NCBI RefSeq assembly: GCF_000142905.1 | Contig: NW_013657621.1 | Location: 15,457-79,456, forward strand | DNA: 64,000 bases | Direction: 5' to 3' | Source of the DNA: Thecamonas trahens ATCC 50062 | Lineage: Eukaryota > Protista > Apusomonadida | Shown here: positions 12,238-21,600 of the stretch, piece after piece | Position numbering within the stretch: the stretch's first letter is position 1 | Layout of the letters: every line of letters begins with the position of its first letter | Program-made: the position numbers and the translations under genes | The notes under the pieces: model-generated | What the model was told of the DNA's origin: nothing | Seen by the model: the letters and a program-made list of their open reading frames with translations, nothing else | Database searches by the model: none

Positions 12238-13824
12238 CTACGCTGCCCGGAGGCGGGTGACGGTGGTGTCGATCCAGGTGGTAAAGTTCGGATCGGTCTC
12301 GGCGTCAAAGAGAAGCCGCTGGCGGAAGAAAGGCGCCAGCTGCGAGTTCAGGATCTGGCCGCGGTAAAACTTGGTTGCGGCGCCCGATCCAGGAGAGGCC
12401 CCTGCCTCGTGCTCGATCTTGCGAGTGGTGAAGCCGCGGTGCTCTGCCCAAGCCTCACACACCAAGCGGGCAAGAGTCGAGGCTGGCACACCGGCAGGGA
12501 TGATCGTGTTGACCGTCATGGTGTTGCAAGCTACAACGTGGGCCGGAAGCGCCGCCGGGGTCTGAATGAGCGAAGCCCGGGTGTTGGCGTTGATCCGGGC
12601 CTGGAGCTCGTCGCGCTCGGTCTCCAGCTCATCGCGCTCGGTCTCGAGCTCGTCGCGCTCGGCGACAGCCTCGTCTCGCTCGGTCTCGAGCTCATCGCGC
12701 TCGGCCTGGAGCTCGTCTCGCTCGGTCTCCAGCTCATCGCGCTCGGCCTGGAGCTCGTCTCGCTCGGTCTCGAGCTCATCGCGCTCGGCCTGGAGCTCGT
12801 CTCGCTCGGTCTCGAGCTCATCGCGCTCGGCCTGGAGCTCGTCTCGCTCGGTCTCCAGCTCATCGCGCTCGGCGACAGCCTCGTCGCGCTCGGTCTCGAG
12901 CTCATCATGCTCGGCGACAGCCTCGTCTCGCTCGGTCTCCAGCTCATCGCGCTCGGCGACAGCCTCGTCGCGCTCGGTCTCCAGCTCATCACGCTCGGCG
13001 ACAGCCTCGTCGCGCTCGGTCTCCAGCTCATCGCGCTCGGCCTGGAGCTCGTCGCGCTCGGTCTCGAGCTCATCACGCTCGGCGACAGCCTCGTCGCGCT
13101 CGGTCTCCAGCTCATCGCGCTCGGCCTGGAGCTCGTCGCGCTCGGTCTCCAGCTCATCACGCTCGGCGACAGCCTCGTCGCGCTCGGTCTCCAGCTCATC
13201 GCGCTCGGCCTGGAGCTCGTCGCGCTCGGTCTCCAGCTCATCACGCTCGGCGACAGCCTCGTCGCGCTCGGTCTCCAGCTCATCGTGCTCGGCCTGGAGC
13301 TCGTCGCGCTCGGTCTCCAGCTCATCACGCTCGGCGACAGCCTCGTCTCGCTCGGTCTCGAGCTCATCGCGCTCGGCGACAGCCTCGTCGCGCTCGGTCT
13401 CGAGCTCATCGCGCTCGACCTGGAGCTCGTCTCGCTCGGTCTCGAGCTCATCGCGCTCGGCAACAGCCTCGTCGCGCTCAGCCTCGATCTGGCTACGAAT
13501 CACGGCGCACTCGCCACACGCCGGGGTAGCCGCCAGGCTCCGGATGCCCGCCTCGACCTTGGCCATCATCTCGCCCATCCGCACCGATCGCTCGTCATCA
13601 AGCACAATCTGCAGCTTGCCGGCCAGCTCCTCGCTTGGGGTAGAGGACAGATGGCTGAGCAGAGTGGCAATGAGCGACACAACTGCCGCAGCCCGCCCGT
13701 CGCTCTCGCGGTCGAGCACCTGCGCGATCTTGTGCCCAATGTCAACGGCAGCCATGAGCTTGTTGCCCTCCTTCACCAGGGTCGCGACAAGCGCAATCGT
13801 AGGGTTCTCAGCATGAATCTCCAT
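12238..13824 (-). CDS. Acidic coiled-coil protein with ~42 heptad repeats ([A/T]ERDE[LE/LQ/AV]) between unique N- and C-terminal domains
   Basis: 528-aa ATG-initiated ORF with plausible non-repetitive flanks; heptad periodicity is directly visible. Confidence 0.75.
   Translation of the reverse strand: MEIHAENPTIALVATLVKEGNKLMAAVDIGHKIAQVLDRESDGRAAAVVSLIATLLSHLSSTPSEELAGKLQIVLDDERSVRMGEMMAKVEAGIRSLAATPACGECAVIRSQIEAERDEAVAERDELETERDELQVERDELETERDEAVAERDELETERDEAVAERDELETERDELQAEHDELETERDEAVAERDELETERDELQAERDELETERDEAVAERDELETERDELQAERDELETERDEAVAERDELETERDELQAERDELETERDEAVAERDELETERDEAVAERDELETERDEAVAEHDELETERDEAVAERDELETERDELQAERDELETERDELQAERDELETERDELQAERDELETERDELQAERDELETERDEAVAERDELETERDELETERDELQARINANTRASLIQTPAALPAHVVACNTMTVNTIIPAGVPASTLARLVCEAWAEHRGFTTRKIEHEAGASPGSGAATKFYRGQILNSQLAPFFRQRLLFDAETDPNFTTWIDTTVTRLRAA
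12597..13481. repeat. Coding minisatellite, 21-nt unit x ~42 with 42/84-nt higher-order structure
   Basis: Recurring units such as ctccagctcatcgcgctcggc and gacagcctcgtcgcgctcggt. Confidence 0.95.
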
Positions 13825-14230
13825 GATGCAAGATGTTCAGGGAGAAGTAGGGTGTCTGCCTCCCCTCTGCTTGTCCTCTCCACCCAAAACGTCCGGGTTT
13901 TATGCCCGCCGCAAAGGAAGTGCGCTCGGAGCGAGAAAAAGCGCAAAAGTGCAAAAGTGTGCCGCTCGTCCGAGTTGCGCAACACCACCGCCAAGCACAA
14001 GGCCATTACCTTGTCATGTGCGCAAACTCACGGTTTTCATACCCATCCCACATCGCTGCACTCTTTCCTCTGCGAGAGAAAGGGCCGCGGACTATCCCTT
14101 GCAGCTACAAGCAACCACAGCCGCACATGCTGCCTCGTCCGCACTCATCCGCACTCTTCCGTCACGAGCGGGCATTATCACACAACAGTCGACCTCTCGG
14201 TCAACACAGGTACGTACAGCAGCAGCATAA

Positions 14231-16120
14231 TTGCGGTCAACGCCGACACAACCAAATCACTTGAAAACCACGGAGTGTTTGTTGCAGACAAACGGAATTG
14301 AAACAAACCGGCCAGCAACATGTCCAGGCGGCGATCGCTTTTGGTCCCAGCCCGGATACTGGAATGCCGACGACGACACGCCGCCGTCGCGCTGCCCCGT
14401 GGCCTCGGACTGCCCTGGCTACACGGCGAGCGGGCCATCGGTCCCTCCTGGATCCAACGCAGGCGTAGATGATGGGAGCTCAGGCTCGAGCGGCTTTGGC
14501 TCTTCGGCCAACCATGCGTCTTGTGTTGATGGCCGCACTGGCTTTGGCTGCACGGCCTGCGCCGAGGACTACCACATCTCCGCCACAGGCATCTGCATCG
14601 CCTGCGAGTCGGCGGCTGGCCGGATGATCTTCATCATCCTCCTCCTCATTTTCTGCCTCATTGCTGCGCTCGTCCTCGCCTGTGCCTCACGACGGACCGC
14701 TGGCCTCTTTGTCTCCTTCATCATGGCCATCCAGCTCGTCGCCCTCGTCCTCCGCTACTTCCTCACCCTCACCGCCGACGCATCGTCCGCCGCCGCCCGC
14801 GCCATTCGCTGGTCCGGTATCATCCTCTTCGATCCCGAGGTCTTTGCCGCCGGCTGCACCCAGCGCTGGTCCGGGCCATACTTTGTCTACCTCTACATCA
14901 TCCTCGTTGTCATTGTCGCCATCATGCTCCTCATTGGCATGCTCATCGCCATCGTCCGCCATGCCCGCCTCGCCAACCGCCCTGCCACCGACGACCTCGA
15001 GATCTCCGTTCCCATCTGGGTCCTCGGCGACTCGGAGCTCTCGGTAACGGGCAGCATCTCGGCCTCGACCTCGCTGCTCTTCCGCCAGGACACCTCCACC
15101 ACCACCCTCGCCCGCCAGGACACCGCCGGCTCGGCCATCGTCCGCTACAACTCGTCCGACTCGAACCCGGGCACCCCGCGATCGAACCCGGGCACCCCGC
15201 GATCGAACCCGGGCACCCCGCGATCGAACCCGGGCACCCCGCGATCGAACCCGGGCACCCCGCGATCGCGCTCGCGCCCGTCGTTGTCGTCCTCTTCCTC
15301 GCGCAGCGCCTCCGAGTCCGACACCATGGTCTCGATGTGGAGCGTTGATATGCCCAACACCGTCTCGCGCCGGTCGTGGATCGGCTACGCACTTGCCTTT
15401 ATGGCCTCTCTCTTCTACACGCCCGTCACCTACCGGACCCTTGCCGGCCTCGGCTGCTCCACCTTTGACGATGGTATCTCGCGGCTTGATCACGAGATCG
15501 CCACAAAGTGTTACGACGGCTCGCACTGGTTCGCTGCCGTCTTCCTCTTCTGGCCCATTGTCGTCGTCTATGTTGCCGGCCTCCCGCTTGCTACCCTCGT
15601 CCGCGGCATCGGCGTCTACCGCACCGGCCGCGCCATCGCCTCAAAGCTCCCAGCAGACGCCATGCGGTACAACATCTTCCTTGTCCGCGGCGCGTTCCGC
15701 TTCCTCTTTACCGGCTACTTTACATCGTACTCGTGCGCCGGCGCCGTCCCCTTCTTCCTCGTCCTCGCCATCTCCGCCGTCGCCGCCATGGTCAAGGACA
15801 ACCTTAGCTTGGAGGTCATCGCCACCGCCCTCACCACCAGCATCGCTCTCGGGCTCACCGCCTGGACCGCCATCTCACGCTGGCGCGCCGCAGCATCGGC
15901 TGTCTCGGCCGTCGCCATCATCCTTGTCATCCTCATCGTCACCGTCAACGATGCCTCGCCGGCCGCCGTCTCTATCTCGGTCATCGCCCTCGTTCTTGCC
16001 GTCCTCATCGCCATCCGCATCGCCTACTCTCGCACCTCACAGACAGAGTCCTCCCGCCCACAATCCGATCCGGCCACCTACGACTCGGCCCATCCCCATG
16101 GCCGTCCTGCCGCCCGCTAG
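14231..16120 (+). CDS. Cys-rich plus multi-pass TM protein, paralog of the C-terminal half of the 16521 gene; 5' end uncertain
   Basis: CPGGDRFWSQPGYW...CPVASDCPG matches CPGGDRFFPLPGFW...CPVPSECPG next door; many hydrophobic segments. No ATG or signal peptide at the ORF start; a possible intron at 14210-14287 (GTACGT...GCAG) would join it to ORF 13823. Confidence 0.72.
   Translation: MRSTPTQPNHLKTTECLLQTNGIETNRPATCPGGDRFWSQPGYWNADDDTPPSRCPVASDCPGYTASGPSVPPGSNAGVDDGSSGSSGFGSSANHASCVDGRTGFGCTACAEDYHISATGICIACESAAGRMIFIILLLIFCLIAALVLACASRRTAGLFVSFIMAIQLVALVLRYFLTLTADASSAAARAIRWSGIILFDPEVFAAGCTQRWSGPYFVYLYIILVVIVAIMLLIGMLIAIVRHARLANRPATDDLEISVPIWVLGDSELSVTGSISASTSLLFRQDTSTTTLARQDTAGSAIVRYNSSDSNPGTPRSNPGTPRSNPGTPRSNPGTPRSNPGTPRSRSRPSLSSSSSRSASESDTMVSMWSVDMPNTVSRRSWIGYALAFMASLFYTPVTYRTLAGLGCSTFDDGISRLDHEIATKCYDGSHWFAAVFLFWPIVVVYVAGLPLATLVRGIGVYRTGRAIASKLPADAMRYNIFLVRGAFRFLFTGYFTSYSCAGAVPFFLVLAISAVAAMVKDNLSLEVIATALTTSIALGLTAWTAISRWRAAASAVSAVAIILVILIVTVNDASPAAVSISVIALVLAVLIAIRIAYSRTSQTESSRPQSDPATYDSAHPHGRPAAR
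15161..15265 (+). repeat. Perfect 21-nt tandem repeat x5 encoding (SNPGTPR)5
   Basis: Five exact copies of tcgaacccgggcaccccgcga. Confidence 0.97.
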
Positions 16121-16182
16121 CGCGGCTGCCGCAGCTGGCAGCTCAAAATCAAAATCACCTTACCTGTCAAACGCACGCCACA

Positions 16183-16183
<1 letters not shown>

Positions 16184-16274
<91 letters not shown>
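16184..16274 (+). repeat. (CA)n microsatellite
   Basis: About 45 CA units, ~60 nt after the stop at 16120. Confidence 0.97.
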
Positions 16275-16277
<3 letters not shown>

Positions 16278-16520
16278 TACACACACTACTGTTCTCTCCA
16301 CCCACCCTCTTCATCCATCCCTCCATGCCCCGCCCTCATCTTCTCCGTCCCACCCGTGCCAGGATTCCACAGAATATTTACACCACGTGTCGTGAGCCAA
16401 TTTAACTGCCTTCCGCCTCACCCGCACCGAACAAGCCCGCACTCAAGGAACATTCGCACACGGACACCCTGTGCAACACCTCTCTGTCGGACTCACTCAT
16501 CCATAACCATACCCCTCATC

Positions 16521-19500
16521 ATGAGCACACATGCATGGGTGGTCCGCTTGATGATGATGATGCTCATACTGGTCGCCGCAATGGTTGAGATGTCGACCAG
16601 TTGCGGAACAGGCGAAATAACGTTTGGCGAAATAATCGAGTGGGACAATACCACGGTGACGTACCCCGTCGCCTCGCGCTCAGGCACCTCGGCTGTTCTT
16701 CTTGGCGATGTCAATGGCGATGGCATCGGTGACGCTGCCTTTGGCTCGCCGCTCGCTGACCTCTCAGATGGCTCGGCCACCATCGTCTTCCTCAACATCG
16801 ATGGCTCGGCCAACTCGTCCGTCGTCCTCTCGCGGGATACGCCGGCGCTGACGACGACTCTCTCCACTCAGGCCGGCCAGTTTGGTACTGCTCTTGGTGG
16901 CCCGGGCGATCTCAACGGCGACGGTGTGCCTGATCTCCTCGTCGGCGCGCCCGTCCTGGGAGGCACCGGCACCGTCGTCGTCATCTTCCTCAACGCCGAC
17001 GCCTCGGTCGGCTCGGTCTCGCTCATCGCCAACAACAACGGCCTAGGCCTTGCTACCCTTGTCGCCGGCGAGCTGTTTGGCTCGGGCATCGGCATCATCG
17101 AGGGTGTGAGCTCGGTCAACTACGCCACGCACACCATGGTCGGCATCGGTCTGGCAGCCGGCCAGGACCGGGTGACGACCCAGGTCTACGGCTCGATGCT
17201 CATCGCCACCCTCTCGCGGACGGACGGCTCGGTCACAGCCTTTACCCTCATTGACCACTCGCAATCGGGCATGAGCGCCGTGACGCTTGGCTCGGGCTTT
17301 GGCTCGTCCATCGCTGCCGGCGACGTCCGCGGGTCGGGCAGCCCGATGCTCGCCGTCGGCGCGCCGCTGTATGACTCTGCCCGCGGACGGGTCTTTCTCG
17401 TCGACATGGACTGGGCCACTCCAGCAGCCGTGAGCATGATTGTTGTCGAGGAGGGCGCTATCGGCTGGAACCCAAGCCCTACCCTCGGCTCGTTGGCCCA
17501 GATCGGGACAGGCGTGGCGCTGGCTGACCTCAACGCCGACGGCTGCGTTGATCTGGCGGTCGGCGCGCCGGGCGCCGAGGAGCTTGGGCCCAACTACGGC
17601 GTCCTCGGCATTCTGCTCCTCAACAGCAGTCCGACATCCATCGCTGTCGAGAGCTTCACCCGCATCTCGTACTCGGCCAATCCGGCCCTGCAGTCGACCG
17701 TCTCCGTCGGCGCCGAGCTCGGCTACGCTGTCGCCACGGGCAACCTTAACGGCGCCGGCTGTCCGGACGTCATCTTCTCCGGCCCTGCATCCAACAAGGA
17801 CGCGGGCCATGTCTGGGTGGCAGCCTGTGAGCATGTTGTTCCCTCCCCGCCGCCGCCGCCGCCATCGCCGCCACCGCCACCCTCTCCACCGCCGCCGCCG
17901 CCGCCGCCATCGCCGCCGCCGCCGCCCTCTCCGCCGCCGCCGCCATCGCCGCCATCGCCGCCGCCGCCACCATCGCCGCCGCCGCCACCATCGCCGCCGC
18001 CGCCACCATCGCCGCCGCCGCCGCCATCCCCACCTCCACCTCCCTCTCCGCCGCCACCTCCATCGCCACCTCCACCTTCCTCTCCGCCGCCTCCGACTGG
18101 ATCGCCGCCATCGCCGCCATCCCCTCCTCCGCCGCCATCACCGCCGCCATCGCCGCCACCATCGCCGCCACCCTCTCCTCCCCCTCCCTCTCCTCCTCCT
18201 CCGCCACCGCCACCATCGCCGCCGCCACCACCGCCGCCTTCCCCGCCGCCGCCTCCTTCCCCGCCGCCGCCACCTCCTTCCCCACCATCACCGTCGCCGC
18301 CGCCATCACCGCCGCCGCCGCCTCCTTCACCGCCGCCGCCGCCGCCATCACCGCCGCCGCCGCCTCCTCCCCCGCCGCCGACGTCGTACACCAACATCAC
18401 TACGCCAATCATCTGGATCCACACGCCAACCACCTCGCGCCTAGCCGGAGGCGTCGGCATGGAGCTCTCCACCACACAAGATCAAGCTCCTCAGCTCGAC
18501 CTCCTCGCTGCGCGCGACGTCTCCCTCTTCGTCGAGACAACCTCGTCAGCCAGCCCGGACTCGGCCGCCTTTGTCCTGGTGCCCATCACCATCACCGGCG
18601 CTCGATCGCTCACCTTTACCTCTCCCGTCACTGCGCGCGTCGGTTACGCTCACATGCGACTGGCTGTCACAGCATCGTCGACCAGCAGTCGGGCGGCGAC
18701 GAGGTTGGCGGCCCGTGACGCGGGCGATGGCGCCACCGTCATGTACTGGATCACCTACTCGCTGTACTACCTCGAGTCCGAGTGCATCGCCGAGGGCTAT
18801 GTCCTCTACAACGGCGCATGCACCGCATGTGATGATGCTTTCCCCGGCGCTTACTGTCCCGGTGGCGATCGCTTCTTCCCGCTCCCGGGCTTCTGGTCTT
18901 CATCGACGTCGTCCCCGCCCGTCGCCTGCCCCGTCCCGTCCGAATGCCCGGGCACTCCGCGGCATCGGCCCTCCGCGCCTCCATCCACAGCATCCGACAA
19001 CCCAGTAGACATGCCATCAGGCTTGTTCAGGTGCCGTCCTTCTCGCTCTGGCCCGCACTGCCTCTCCTGTGCTGATGGCTTCTTCATGTCCGACTACGGC
19101 AAGTGTATCACCTGCGACACGCCCGACGCCGTCTCGGCCATCATCCTCTGGCTCGCTGTCATCATCCTGGTCATCACTGTCATTGTCTTTGCCGCATGCT
19201 GCTCTGTCACCTCCGGTGCCGTCTTTGTCGTCGCTCTCATGGCCGCCCAGGCTGTCGCCCTTGTCTTCCGCTACATCGTCGCTCTCTCCATCGATCACGC
19301 CGACACCTCGTGGCGTCCCACCGCCGCCCTCTGGGCCGCTGTCGTTCTCTTCCAGCCTGAAGCCCTTCGCCTTGGCTGCCACCTATCCGCAGATCCGCCC
19401 TACTTTACCGAGAGCTACATCCGTCTCGTCCTCCTCGCCGCCATTGCCCTCGTCTTTGCCCTCATCTTCGCCCTCTGCTGCGCCTTCTCCTCCTCGTCGT

Positions 19501-20839
19501 ACCCCGGCAAGCCGCGCGGCGCCATCGCCCCGGCGCACGTCGCCCCGGCTGGAAGTCGAGTGATGTCAAGCGTGCCCGCAAGCATGGCGAGAGCGATGAT
19601 GATCATGGCCACAGCGATGAACCCGTCCCGCTCGCCCGTCGCCGGTCCAAGAGCGACGTCGTCCGCCCCATGCACGCCAAGCACAAGCATCGCCGTCGCT
19701 CCATCGCCCATGGCGGCACTCACCATCGCAACCATCTGGTCTCCAAGCAACGTGTCCAGCCCACCTCCTACGTCACACACGTCACTCATGGCGAGCCACG
19801 CATCCAATACGTCTCCAACGTCACGTTGAAGACCACCACCGCAGCTAGCCAGTCCTCCATCCGCACCTCCAAGAACGCGCACCTCCACTCGTTCTCCGTC
19901 GCGTCGCTGCCGCCCATGGACTCGTCGTCGTCATCCATCGCCTCGTCATCATCGTCCGCCCCGTCCTCACCGCGCGCCCACTCATGCCGCGACAAAGCCG
20001 CCGCTCACTCTGCCGACTCTGCCCACGCCGATCGTACTGACGTCCACGCCGCCGACTTTACGCCACGCCCACACCAGCCATCGCCCCACCCCCGCCGTCG
20101 CCACCGCCGCGTCGCTCCCATGCCATCGTCCATGCCTTCCTCCTTGTCTGGGCCTCGTTCTTCACTCCTGTCGCCCATCAGTCGCTGCGCGGCCTCGACT
20201 GTGTCGCCCTTGCCGCCGGATCGGACGTCCTCCGCATCCGGACCGAGACTTCCACCGAGTGCTTTGTCTCCTTGCATCTCGTCCTTCTCTGCATCGCCAT
20301 CGCCCCCATCTTGCTCTTTTGGGTCATTGCCCTCCCGCTCTACGTCACCTGTGGCCAAGCCAGCTGGCTTGCTCTTCTCCGTCGGAGCCTCGCCCATCCC
20401 CTCTGCTATCACTCGGGCGTGCCGTTTGCACATGCCCTCGGCCTTGCCATCGCCATCACCTTTGGAGATCGCTGGGCGCCATCGATTGACGCGGTCTTTG
20501 TCGGCATTGTTGTCATTGCTGCCCTTGCCGCCTTTGCCCACGCGTGGGCCTCGTGCCGCCCATGGCGCGCCCTACTCGTCGCAGCTGGGCTCGCTGCCAC
20601 CCTTATCCTCCTCCTCTGGGCCTCGATAGACCACAACACCCATCATCTCACTATCGGCGTGGTAATTGCCTTCATCTTCCTTTCCTGTCTTGCCGCCGGC
20701 GTCATCGTCGTCCGCATCGGCGCCTTTACCCCCTACGACGACGATGTGCCTGACAAGGACCTGCCGCCGCGCCATCAGGCGGATCCGGCACCGCCGGCCT
20801 ACCCAGCGCCTGTCCGCACGCGCGCCTCCCTCTTCGACT

Positions 20840-20841
<2 letters not shown>
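16521..20841 (+). CDS. Integrin-alpha-like FG-GAP propeller, extensin-like SPPPP stalk, Cys-rich repeat and multi-pass TM domain (frameshifts at ~19545 and ~20090)
   Basis: ATG 16521 gives a signal peptide; FGTALGGPGDLNGDGVPDLLVGAP-type repeats follow. Joining ORFs 15345, 19670 and 20272 by two -1 shifts restores FFTPVAHQSLRGLDC...TECF, matching FYTPVTYRTLAGLGC...TKCY of the 14231 paralog. Confidence 0.82.
17840..18380 (+). repeat. Low-complexity (CCG/CCA/TCG)n tract encoding Ser-Pro(2-7) repeats
   Basis: About 180 codons that are almost all Pro or Ser. Confidence 0.93.
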
Positions 20842-20845
<4 letters not shown>

Positions 20846-20870
<25 letters not shown>

Positions 20871-20882
20871 TCTCTCTCTCTC
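20846..20882 (+). repeat. (CA)n(TC)n microsatellite
   Basis: Begins within 5 nt of the stop at 20841. Confidence 0.93.
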
Positions 20883-20907
20883 ATCATCACCACACTTGGC
20901 GCGTCCT

Positions 20908-21345
20908 TTGACCCTTTACGGTACGGAATGGACGTATTTGTCCATCGCGCAAGCCGCGCTCTTCGACGCTCCACAGACGTCGCAACGTCCAAACAGTCGG
21001 CGATGAAGAGATGGACGCCGCGCGCGGCGCAAAAGGTCCGCGGCCGCAATCGCTTACCATGAAGCCTCCGGCAGGCGAGGCAGTCGCATCGCAGAGCGGC
21101 TTGTTGGGGAAGGTGGTGATGACGAGCAGCCGCTGCATAGGGACGCTTCCGCTTGCGCGACGGCGCGGAGCTGACGGCATTGGCGCCAGCAGTGAGGGCG
21201 TCGATGATGTCGTAGAGAAAAGCCAAGCGAGTCATGACGGGCGTGGGCTTGCGTCGGCGTAGAGCGCGTACGCGCTGATGAGCGCGGCGTCCAGAATCCA
21301 GTACAGGATGGCGTGCCACCTCTTGCGCGGCCACGCCGACCGGCA
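20908..21345 (-). mobile_element. piggyBac-like DNA transposon relic (transposase C-terminus, Cys-rich domain and one terminal repeat)
   Basis: Minus strand reads RKRWHAILYWILDAALISAYALY, then after a frameshift MTRLAFLYDIIDAL...HHHLPQQAALRCDCLACRRLHGKRLRPRTFCAARGVHLFIADC. Element end is TTGA|CCCTTT at 20908-20917 with an internal inverted repeat atggac/gtccat. Confidence 0.75.
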
Positions 21346-21600
21346 AGCTCGTCCGTCGCAAGACGTCCTCGCGCGCTCCCGTCCCGCCGCTGTGTGTTCA
21401 ACTCTGCTATGCTCTCCTTCCCGGTCCTCGGGGTCGTCAACTACAGGCGCCATCAGCGGCACCCAGTCGGCGGGGCGATCAGCCGGCGGCGTGATCATGA
21501 TCACGATGGTGATCGGGATCACGCCCCGCCGACGCACACGGCCACCCACCCGACGCTAGAGAGAGGACAGAGCAAGCTACGTTGCCCAAAGTCGGCAGTG

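Noticed and set aside
12597-13481. Possible CRISPR-like array
   Set aside because: Units are contiguous with no unique spacers, no cas genes are present, and the context is eukaryotic coding sequence.
12187-14301. 704-aa + strand ORF of LGLELIA repeats and Ser-rich ORFs in other frames
   Set aside because: Antisense or off-frame shadows of the stop-free 21-nt repeat; the minus-strand coiled-coil frame has plausible unique flanks.
15345-16520. N-terminal extension of the 1494-aa ORF
   Set aside because: Overlaps the upstream gene off-frame and reads through the CA tract (THTHTH); the signal peptide starts at 16521.
16521-19829. True integrin alpha subunit
   Set aside because: No thigh/calf domains, no single TM with GFFKR, and the C-terminus is multi-pass.
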